Shown: positions 47,693-55,422 of the stretch, in pieces
Layout of the letters: the number at the start of each line of letters is the position of its first letter
Numbering within the stretch: the first letter of the stretch is position 1
Source: a virus
Taxonomy: Duplodnaviria; Caudoviricetes
DNA: 62,426 nucleotides
Virus record (IMG/VR): IMGVR_UViG_3300005805_000090
Span: 1 to 62,426 of that record
Reading direction: 5' to 3' (one strand)
Notes under the pieces: generated by a model
Databases searched by the model: none
Seen by the model: the letters and a program-made list of their open reading frames with translations, nothing else
Told to the model about the DNA's origin: nothing
Made by a program: the position numbers and the translations under genes

Positions 47693-48198
47693 ATAAACCT
47701 AAACCCAAATACAAGGAGTTCAAGAAGTCTCTTCCACCCAATCTGGCTAACACACCGGAGCGCAAATACAATATGAAGCGCAACTGGAAAGAGAGTGGTA
47801 GGCCAAAGGATTTCAACGAGGCTATGAATCGTAATGATCCTATGTTTGAAAAGGTTTATCACCCTGAGGAGGGAAAATCATATTACCACGCAGGGTCTGT
47901 TGCCCCCAAGAGTGAAAGGTTTTTGAAGCCCAAGAATCATCCGACTACGTACAAAGAGCTTGAAGGATTTAAATCTGTTCCTAAGGAAGAAAGGGCGGGA
48001 ACGAAGTTGGTTTCTCGTGGGCGCAGCTGGCAGTACAAGCAAAAAACTGAGCGTGAGATGAATCGTCCTGGTGTCGATAAGCGTAGTGAAAAACGAATTG
48101 ATCGTGGTATCGCTATGTCCAAGAAGGCTGAGGCCAAACAACAGGCAAAGCAGCAGCCTAAATTAAAGCCGTCTAACCCACCAAAACGTAAAAAATAA
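47689..48198 (+). CDS. Basic protein with LKPKNHPT..KE motif
   Basis: 169-aa ORF, coupled. Confidence 0.65.
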   Translation: MNKPKPKYKEFKKSLPPNLANTPERKYNMKRNWKESGRPKDFNEAMNRNDPMFEKVYHPEEGKSYYHAGSVAPKSERFLKPKNHPTTYKELEGFKSVPKEERAGTKLVSRGRSWQYKQKTEREMNRPGVDKRSEKRIDRGIAMSKKAEAKQQAKQQPKLKPSNPPKRKK

Positions 48199-48350
48199 TG
48201 GCAAAAGCAGGATTATACGCTAATATTGCAGCAAAGAGAAAGCGCATTGCTGCTGGGTCAGGCGAGAAGATGAGGAAGCCAGGAACCCCTGGTGCCCCAA
48301 CAGCGAAGGCGTTTGAACAGTCTAAGAAAACAGCTAAAAAGAAAAAATAA
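48198..48350 (+). CDS. 50-aa basic peptide (GLYANI.AKR.RI.AGSGEKMRK family)
   Basis: Family common in aquatic phages; not in ORF track. Confidence 0.8.
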   Translation: MAKAGLYANIAAKRKRIAAGSGEKMRKPGTPGAPTAKAFEQSKKTAKKKK

Positions 48351-48671
48351 ATGGCAAAGAAAACAAGCCCACCTAAAAAGAAAACACCAAGCCCGGTTGG
48401 TCCATACAAGATGACTACTTCTAAACCAAAAGGAGGTTCACAGTTTTTGCCGAAAGGTATTCCTGCTGGTTCAAGATCCAACACCCCAAGTAGAGTTTCT
48501 GAGATTTCAAAACTAGACGCTAAAATTCGTATGCAAGAATCTCAAAACAAAAAGTTTTTGGCGTCTGAGCAAGAAAAGAGAGGGAATATGGGAGCAGCAA
48601 AAAAATTAAAGGCCCAAGCAACGCGTGATTCTCTCAACGCGGTAAACATCATGAAACCAAAAAGAAAATAA
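48351..48671 (+). CDS. Basic hypothetical protein
   Basis: K/P-rich 106-aa ORF. Confidence 0.65.
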   Translation: MAKKTSPPKKKTPSPVGPYKMTTSKPKGGSQFLPKGIPAGSRSNTPSRVSEISKLDAKIRMQESQNKKFLASEQEKRGNMGAAKKLKAQATRDSLNAVNIMKPKRK

Positions 48672-48934
48672 TGGCAAAGTCTCCAGCATGGCAACGTAAA
48701 GAAGGCAAGAATCCCGAAGGCGGACTGAATGCCAAGGGTCGAGCCTCGTACAAACGCGAAACCGGGGGTACGTTGAAGCCACCGGTGTCTTCTGAGCAGG
48801 CAAAGAAGTCTCCAAAGGCAGCAGCTCGACGCAAGTCTTTTTGCGCTAGGATGAGCGGAATGCCTGGGCCGATGAAGAAGCCTAACGGAAAGCCGACAAG
48901 GAAGGCATTGGCACTAAGAAAATGGGACTGCTGA
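48671..48934 (+). CDS. Basic protein of the PAWQRKEGKNP.GGLN...RRKSFCARM...WDC family (DUF6321-like)
   Basis: Highly recognisable motif. Confidence 0.8.
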   Translation: MAKSPAWQRKEGKNPEGGLNAKGRASYKRETGGTLKPPVSSEQAKKSPKAAARRKSFCARMSGMPGPMKKPNGKPTRKALALRKWDC

Positions 48935-48938
48935 GGCT

Positions 48939-49396
48939 ATGATCAACTTTAACTTTTATACAGACGTAGATCTAGCACAGTCGGGGACGGCGCTACTGAA
49001 GTCCACAGGTTTTTTGATGATGGCAACCATGTTTGAGGGGATCGACATCAACTCCATGCACGTTCCTGCGATCATCCTTGAGCTTGCCAAGCTGTTTGCT
49101 TACCTTGGTGCTGGGGTTTCGTTCTTCAGGTTTGTCCTTGGCTTGTTCATGGGTCCAAAGAAAGATAAGAAATGATACTAATAGTCGCCGCAGTCATTTT
49201 GGGGTTAATTATAATTTACCTCGTCGTAGACTCGATTGTTTTGGATCATGAGATAAAGGAGAGCCACAGCCGAATTATGGAGAAGATAAACGGGGTCATT
49301 GACGGCGTGAAGACGTTCTTTACCGTTACGCTTGTTGACAAGATATCATCAGCATTTGGCCCGGAAGAGGCTCCTGAGGATGAAGTAGAACTATAG
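48939..49396 (+). CDS. Two small membrane proteins (48939-49175, 49172-49396)
   Basis: Hydrophobic helices, ATGA coupling. Confidence 0.6.
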
Positions 49397-49434
49397 AAAC
49401 ACGGTCTCGTGCAGGGTCCGTTGTAGTTACGACT

Positions 49435-49462
49435 AAAGCCGATCAGAAATGGTCGGTTTTTT
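49435..49462. terminator. Terminator between convergent operons
   Basis: AAAGCCGATC-AGAAAT-GGTCGGTTTTTT. Confidence 0.75.
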
Positions 49463-49755
49463 CTATTATTCGGACTATGGCGTATACCCCAGAATAAAGG
49501 GCGATGACAATTAGTGCGAGGATAATATAAGTTTCCATACTAAAATAAAATATAGGATTGTTAGAATTACGTAGTAAACCAGCATTGTATACCAGTGTGG
49601 TTTATTGAGTTCCCATCGGATCTTTCTCATGGCCTTTCTTACATCAGACTTGCACATAAATCAATAAGATAAAATATTGCAACTCCAGTTCCGATTAAAA
49701 CTAAATATGGGACCAGACGTTCAAGGTCCTCTTTCAGGTTATATTTCTTCGCCAT
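49443..49755 (-). CDS. Three tandem 31-39-aa TM peptides (49443-49538, 49511-49630, 49639-49755)
   Basis: METYIILALIV..., MRKIRWELNKPHWY..., MAKKYNLKEDLERLVPYL... Confidence 0.5.
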
Positions 49756-50026
49756 TTTTCCAAATCTCTTTAGCGTATTCAACAAGATGATCAAAGCTCT
49801 CTGAGACATACTCTCCCTTAATGCTGTCGCTCCACCACTTCCCGTCGGGGCTTTCGAGGTAGTAGAGTACGTCTTTCTCATCCGCATCAAAAGTCCACGA
49901 GGCGACTTTTGCCTTGTAGATAGCGAGGTGGTCGGTTGGCTTGCCGTTCTCATGCCATAGCGAGATGGCGTAGACTTCCGTGCCTGGCTCGTAGGCAAAG
50001 ATTGTGTACTGTGTTTTCTTTTTCAT
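49739..50026 (-). CDS. Hypothetical protein (SH3-like beta fold possible)
   Basis: 95-aa ORF with an A-rich leader. Confidence 0.65.
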   Translation of the reverse strand: MKKKTQYTIFAYEPGTEVYAISLWHENGKPTDHLAIYKAKVASWTFDADEKDVLYYLESPDGKWWSDSIKGEYVSESFDHLVEYAKEIWKNGEEI

Positions 50027-50040
50027 TTCGTTTGTTTTAG

Positions 50041-50114
50041 TAGCCAGGACACGATTCGAACGTGTATCTCTTAACCTTGTGGGCGCAGCGCGTCTACCAT
50101 TCCGCCACCTGACT
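50041..50114 (-). tRNA. tRNA-like element lacking a paired anticodon arm
   Basis: Acceptor AGTCAGG/CCTGGCT, D arm GGCGGAATGGTAGACGC, T arm ACACG-TTCGAAT-CGTGT. Confidence 0.6.
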
Positions 50115-50167
50115 ATGTTGCTCGTCTTTCCGAGCCGTCACCCGTTTCTTGTCTTAGTGGGTTAACT

Positions 50168-50274
50168 TGGCAACCAGAACAGGATTTGAACCTGTATTGG
50201 GGGCATTGTCGCGAGTTGCTCTCCCACTCTCCGTTAACTGTCCTAAGGGCGTCTACCAATTCCGCCATCTGGTT
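50168..50274 (-). tRNA. tRNA-like element with an expanded non-canonical centre and encoded CCA
   Basis: Acceptor AACCAGA/TCTGGTT-G-CCA, D arm GGCGGAATTGGTAGACGC, T arm ACAGG-TTCAAAT-CCTGT. Confidence 0.6.
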
Positions 50275-50408
50275 ATGTTTGAGGATGAGAAGTCCTCTGT
50301 GTTGTAGAGCATAACCTTCCCTCTCTTGGGTTAATAATTCCTTTCTCAATGGAACAACACGTTTGTTTTTATTTTAGCTCGTAAGCAAGGGTAACAACAC
50401 CCTATGTT

Positions 50409-50663
50409 TTACCGCTCAGTCTTTGTAAGCTCGCTCTTATGAGGCGGGTCAAGAAGTTCTCTCCAATATTGCTGCATTTCGTATGGATTTTTGACATACT
50501 CGTTGATTTTATTCATCGCCTCTTCAACGTTTTCAAATGGGATTGACTTGCATCCCACTCGGACTACACATCCGCGTGAACAAAACTCAATTTCAATTTT
50601 GTACTCTTGCAGGAAATAGTGGTTTCCTGGACGTTCTACCGGTGTTAATTCTGCTTGATTCAT
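50409..50663 (-). CDS. Hypothetical protein (GCVVRVGCKSIPF family)
   Basis: 84-aa ORF. Confidence 0.65.
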   Translation of the reverse strand: MNQAELTPVERPGNHYFLQEYKIEIEFCSRGCVVRVGCKSIPFENVEEAMNKINEYVKNPYEMQQYWRELLDPPHKSELTKTER

Positions 50664-50674
50664 ATTTGTTTAAT

Positions 50675-50902
50675 TTACATTTTCATCATTTTCTTAAGAT
50701 ACAGCGCAAGGTCAAGCGCCTCCTCGTATGCGTGCTGGATCCACTCATCTTTGGTTAAGTCCGTGCGGTCCATTGTGTGATTATACTGAGAAAAACCCTT
50801 CTTTTCACGCATAATCATGTCTACGATTACCTCGTTAAGTAAGTCAGAGGCGTACTTTATCGGCTTATTGTCGCTTGTATGTCCCATCGATAGTTTAACC
50901 AT
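50675..50902 (-). CDS. Small all-alpha NTP-PPase-like protein
   Basis: RTDLT..EWIQHAYEEALDLALYL motif; start uncertain. Confidence 0.6.
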   Translation of the reverse strand: MVKLSMGHTSDNKPIKYASDLLNEVIVDMIMREKKGFSQYNHTMDRTDLTKDEWIQHAYEEALDLALYLKKMMKM

Positions 50903-52022
50903 TTGTGTTCGGTTCCCATTAGTTTGTCCATCTTAAAGCAGTCCCCTAATGCTTTTGTTTTGGCTGACTCTGGACTCTTGGCCCTAGCCTTGGCGTTGTG
51001 GACGATCTTATCGCCGTCCCACACCGTTATTACGTAGTTATTCATGTATCCCGTAGGTTGAGTTTTTCCACACACGCACTTGGTCGCTAGAGAAGTGCTT
51101 GATTTCGCCGCCGTTGCACAGCACGACCGTTATCTCGTCGTTCTCTAGAAAACCGTTTGGGGTAATATAGAGGATGTAGCCGTCACCCAACGGGGTTGTC
51201 ACCGGTATCGGCCTGTTTGCGAAGATCATCCTGGCAACTCTTCAGAACCCTGTCTATCTCCTCCTTCCTCATGTTGCGTAGCGTCGGCAAGTTCTTCGAT
51301 ATTATCTCCATCAACTCCCTCGCCTGTTCCGGACTCGCTGTCTGAAGCTGTTCCACTAGGTACTCCGTCAGACCCTGCTTGGTTTTTCTCATCGATTTGT
51401 CTTTTTATGTCAGTAATTCCTTTACTTACTAAGGCCCAGTATTCAACAGGAAGTGTTGCAAGGTTCTGTAATGTCGACTCCATCGACTCTACAGCACTCA
51501 AGTACGCATCTCCGCCGTCCACGCTGCCAAGGACGCCAAAAATAGGCATAAGTTCGCGTTCTAGCTTCTGAATTAAGTTTTTAGAGTGCATCTTCATGTC
51601 GTGTCTGAAGAACTTCATCTCAACACACTCGTCGTGACACTGCGCGTAAATCTGTTGTGCGCCCAGGGCGGTTACAATCAGTCGTTTTTTTCTTTCTAAG
51701 TCAGTCATTTCGTTTATTTTGGTGGCAAATATATAACACGTATGTTACTTACGCAAGTTTTTTAACATTAATTTGCGCCAAACAGGAAACTCACGTCGCT
51801 CATGATCATGTCGTCCACCTCTTCCATGGAAAGTCCCACGATAAAGTCATCCCCTCCAGAGCTGACCATACACAGGTTCTTATAGTTCTGATACGGCCTC
51901 ACGTTGTCTATCTTGTAAAAGATTGCAGGCTCGCATTCATACTTTTCCGGTGTAGCGCCAACCAGGTCCGCGATCTTTTTCTCGTCGGTGTCCACCACAA
52001 TCGGAAGTATGACTCTAAACAT
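50857..52022 (-). CDS. Hypothetical proteins (50857-51045, 51038-51229, 51226-51708, 51768-52022)
   Basis: Packed ORFs; promoter TATATTTG at 51726-51733. Confidence 0.6.
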
Positions 52023-52023
52023 A

Positions 52024-52266
52024 TTACTCCAAATTTACTTTTCGATAGCCCATCTGCCATAGAAAGTCCGATATTTTTACCCCATATTCTTCAACAAAGC
52101 TCTCATCCCAATGTTTGAACTCGTGGTGAAGATACTCGTGAACAAGGACCTCTAGGTACTCTTTTGCCGGGAGCCTTGGGTCGATTTCAATCAAGCCATG
52201 CTCATGGTAAAGGCCACGCGCCTTTTCCCTGCCCAAGTTTCTCTCTTTTACGACCAGATCTCCCAT
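52024..52266 (-). CDS. Minimal zincin-like metallopeptidase
   Basis: GLY...IEIDPRL...VLVHEYLH motif. Confidence 0.75.
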   Translation of the reverse strand: MGDLVVKERNLGREKARGLYHEHGLIEIDPRLPAKEYLEVLVHEYLHHEFKHWDESFVEEYGVKISDFLWQMGYRKVNLE

Positions 52267-52333
52267 ATAACAAAATACGGAAAAAAAAGAACACCCCGTG
52301 TAACAAAAAAGTGCATAAAAATATTACGAGAGA

Positions 52334-53353
52334 CTATTTGATCTTCCCGTTAACAATTCGGTAGTTATTCACCTCAAACTCCTCATTATCAAACACTTTC
52401 ACGTGCGCAAATCCGTGGGTGAATTTATTGATTGGCATATAGTCAGGATGAAGCTCACACAGGCAAGCGACCGACCAACAGGTTGTCACCTTCCCGTTGA
52501 TGTTTGGCTCAGTATGTTCTGACGTTTGGTGGTGGTGTCCGCAGATGGCGTTGTCCTTCGCCCTGAGATAAAGTCCACGGGCGATGTTTACCGGGCTGAA
52601 CATACTCGACCCAAACTCGTGTCCGTGCAACGCAATCAACCTCCCCATCCCAACAAGCTGCTTGTCTGGGATAAACGTGATATTTAATTGCTTGAGGTGC
52701 AAGATGGATTCAAGCGAAAACTCCTCAATCCCAACCAAATCTGAAGCGTTGTTGATTAGGTAGTGGTCCCAGCGGATGTCGTGGTTTCCTGCCTTGAAGT
52801 ATATTGCTTGAGTAGGGAACAGCTTTCGCAGGGTGTAGAGGAAGTCTCTTGCCATGTAGATTTCCGACGCGAGGTCGCGCTTGCGCGGGTCTTTTTGGAA
52901 GCGGCTGATCGCGTAGAAATCGATGAGGTCCCCGTTAATGTAGATTGTGTTGACCTCATTTTCAAGACCGTACCTGAGAGCAGCTGTGAGGGCAGCAATG
53001 TTGTGAAATGGTACGTGAATGTCGGTGAGAAATAGGATATCATTGTGATTTACGGGTAATTTATAGTGCTTATACTCTTTTTCTTTTGAATCAGGCAATC
53101 CTAGTGGATTACTGTCGGGTATCAGCTCATTAATGATATCCTCGAAGGCGTTTATAATTGCTTGTGGCTTTATTCGTGTCTTTTTTACCGGCTCATTTTG
53201 ATTATACTTCTTCCACGCCATAAACTGCCTGGTGAAAGATTTAAGGCTGGAGCTAGAGTTTGAATTATTCCATTCGTTTTCAATTTTCTTAGCCTGGCTA
53301 ATGTTACTTTTATCGTTTAAGATGTTACGATAATTTTGTACGTTATTTTTCAT
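52334..53353 (-). CDS. Calcineurin-like metallophosphoesterase
   Basis: TDIH, NGDLID, GNHD, HGHE, GHHH motifs; start revised to MKNNVQ behind a promoter at 53369-53376. Confidence 0.9.
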   Translation of the reverse strand: MKNNVQNYRNILNDKSNISQAKKIENEWNNSNSSSSLKSFTRQFMAWKKYNQNEPVKKTRIKPQAIINAFEDIINELIPDSNPLGLPDSKEKEYKHYKLPVNHNDILFLTDIHVPFHNIAALTAALRYGLENEVNTIYINGDLIDFYAISRFQKDPRKRDLASEIYMARDFLYTLRKLFPTQAIYFKAGNHDIRWDHYLINNASDLVGIEEFSLESILHLKQLNITFIPDKQLVGMGRLIALHGHEFGSSMFSPVNIARGLYLRAKDNAICGHHHQTSEHTEPNINGKVTTCWSVACLCELHPDYMPINKFTHGFAHVKVFDNEEFEVNNYRIVNGKIK

Positions 53354-53389
53354 TTGGTTGATATGTTGCAAATATAATCACCACCACCG

Positions 53390-53470
53390 AAAAAAACCGC
53401 CCCTTTTTAGAGGCGGTTCACACAAACGAAATGAATAAAACAAACTGAACTTGCGCCATTACAACGCAAC
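53390..53470 (-). ncRNA. Putative sRNA: 5' hairpin, U-rich seed, terminator
   Basis: TACATTTG promoter at 53475-53482; terminator AACCGCCTCT/AGGGGCGGTT plus T-tract. Confidence 0.55.
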
Positions 53471-53503
53471 TCAGCAAATGTATCAACAAACTTTTTAGCT
53501 TGC

Positions 53504-53740
53504 TCATTTTCTTTTGATTACGATGACTTTCTGCTTTTTATTTTCCTTTAGGCTCCTCTTCCACGAGTAGTATTTAAGTGGAAGAACAGTTGCAACCAAC
53601 AAGAAACAAGCAACAGCACTTGAGTAGTTGTTTTGCACAATAGAAAGTGCAAATGCAATTGAAAACGCAAACAGAAAGGCCGTGAGTGTGATGTTGGGCA
53701 TTTCCAACATATGTCCGATAAATGATTTCTTTAGTTCCAA
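53504..53740 (-). CDS. Two-TM membrane protein
   Basis: Two hydrophobic helices, basic tail; start uncertain. Confidence 0.55.
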   Translation of the reverse strand: MELKKSFIGHMLEMPNITLTAFLFAFSIAFALSIVQNNYSSAVACFLLVATVLPLKYYSWKRSLKENKKQKVIVIKRK

Positions 53741-53876
53741 AGTATAAAATGAGTTTGAGATTTATTTCCGCTTGTTATTAATAATAAAGTTATTGGCACA
53801 CAAATATAAACATATTTTTCATCGCCATTTTCATCCCAGGCGTACCGTTCGTATGTCTGCCCCTCGATGATGTCCA

Positions 53877-54152
53877 TCAAATAGTTTGGATCTTTAGCCT
53901 ATCAAATTTTTCTAAGCTAATGGTCTTTCCCTCAAACTTACCCCGGTAGGTGCAGTCAATGACCTCGCAATCTCCGTCGCTGCTCCAGGCATTAGCCATG
54001 GCCCTTATGTGAACCTTTACGGCCTCTGTGGTGTTTAAAACTTCGGATGTCTGAAGGATCTCATTGTTGTCCCCGATGGTTCTCACGCGGAAGGCGTTCA
54101 TTTTCTTGCCGTTTATTGTGCGCTTGGCGTCTTTGATTTCTATTATTCCCAT
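53877..54152 (-). CDS. YegP/DUF1508-like protein
   Basis: FRVRTIGDNNEILQTSE.L...AV..I pattern. Confidence 0.6.
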   Translation of the reverse strand: MGIIEIKDAKRTINGKKMNAFRVRTIGDNNEILQTSEVLNTTEAVKVHIRAMANAWSSDGDCEVIDCTYRGKFEGKTISLEKFDRLKIQTI

Positions 54153-54157
54153 GTGTG

Positions 54158-54643
54158 CTAAATTAAATCGTCTGATGGCGTTGTTACTCGGTCCGGATTT
54201 ACCCTGTAGGCAACAAGAATGTCGGGATTCTTTTCATTGAAGAAGTCCAACAACAGCTCCTGCTGTGATTCATTCAGGTCAGCAATAAAGTGACGAATTT
54301 TGTTCCTACGGGCTGGGTTGTAGTCGTAGTCTGTTCGAAGTGTCTTCAGTGCGTGACAAACAGTAGCGTGGTCCTTGTGGGCAAGACGGGCAACTTCGGC
54401 CAGTGTCTTGGTTGTACAAACCTTTACGGTAGTCATGTACATCTGACGGGCAAGGACAACCTCTTTAATTCGCTTGTCGCTTTTGATGTCGCTAGTTGGG
54501 ACATTAAAGTGTCTGCTCACCTTTTCTAGCAGTTCGTTTTCTTGTGGGTCGTCAACCTTGTGGAGGTATTCGTATACTTTGGTGAACTCGGCCCGGCGAC
54601 TGTCGGGAACCATATTTACTAAATCTTTGAATGTGTATCTCAT
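54158..54643 (-). CDS. DnaA C-terminal (domain IV)-like HTH protein
   Basis: IKS..R...VVLARQMYM...TLAEVAR..HKDHATV.HA. Confidence 0.8.
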   Translation of the reverse strand: MRYTFKDLVNMVPDSRRAEFTKVYEYLHKVDDPQENELLEKVSRHFNVPTSDIKSDKRIKEVVLARQMYMTTVKVCTTKTLAEVARLAHKDHATVCHALKTLRTDYDYNPARRNKIRHFIADLNESQQELLLDFFNEKNPDILVAYRVNPDRVTTPSDDLI

Positions 54644-54709
54644 GTTTGTTTTATTTAAGCCGTGGCGGGTTTGCTTGCGTTTATCCCCCGCCACGACTCT
54701 TGGTTAAAG

Positions 54710-55339
54710 TTAGAATGGCAAATCGTCTCCTGGGTCTTCTGTTGCAGGCGCTGAATATGAATCGAGCTTCTTAACAGAACTTACCGCCTTGACCTGTGGC
54801 ATGAAAATGTCGTTGAGGTGCTTTTCAAAGAACTCTTGGCGCTCTGAGTCGTCCCAAACAACTTGCCCCTTCACCTTGATCTGTTTCATTTCAGGCATAT
54901 TGCCTGGGTTGTCCTTGGTCCAGCCCCATTTGATGTCCTCTTGTCCATGACGAAGATAAAGCATTGTCTTAGTCTTTCCGTCAATTTCTTTAGACCAAGG
55001 GGAGAGAGTAATCTCTTTTCCTGCGTCGATGTTTGGCATACACAAAAAGAAGCCTGATGAGTAGCGTGACGACCACGGCATCTGGATTTGGTACTCTTCG
55101 CCCCCGTCCTTCAGAACAATACAGAGCTGATCCCCATATCCCTGTTCAGATACTCGCTTGAATACATCTACGATGTAGCCCGAAAGCGAAGAGAATCGCT
55201 GCTCATACCACACCTTAGTGCCGTCCTTTCTGTTACACTTAATTGAGCCAGCTGTCCCTTCAGGAACGCGTTTGGCAATCTTACCGCCAGATATGCTGAG
55301 GTAAGTACGGTTTGATGAACCACCTTGATTTAATCCCAT
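54710..55339 (-). CDS. Single-stranded DNA-binding protein (putative)
   Basis: Beta-rich OB-like body, acidic DDLPF C-terminus, replication-module position. Confidence 0.65.
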   Translation of the reverse strand: MGLNQGGSSNRTYLSISGGKIAKRVPEGTAGSIKCNRKDGTKVWYEQRFSSLSGYIVDVFKRVSEQGYGDQLCIVLKDGGEEYQIQMPWSSRYSSGFFLCMPNIDAGKEITLSPWSKEIDGKTKTMLYLRHGQEDIKWGWTKDNPGNMPEMKQIKVKGQVVWDDSERQEFFEKHLNDIFMPQVKAVSSVKKLDSYSAPATEDPGDDLPF

Positions 55340-55422
55340 AACTTTTTGATTAATATTAATTGGTTATATTTCGCAAATGTAGCATATATGTTTCTTTTGT
55401 GCAAGAAAAAAACTGTTAAATT

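Noticed and set aside
50041-50274. Functional decoding tRNAs or an attP site
   Set aside because: No anticodon stem-loop can be formed, and no integrase is present in the window.
50113-50349. 78-aa ORF on the - strand
   Set aside because: Overlaps the tRNA-like elements; its translation is a tRNA shadow (QMAELVDA…RFKSCSG).
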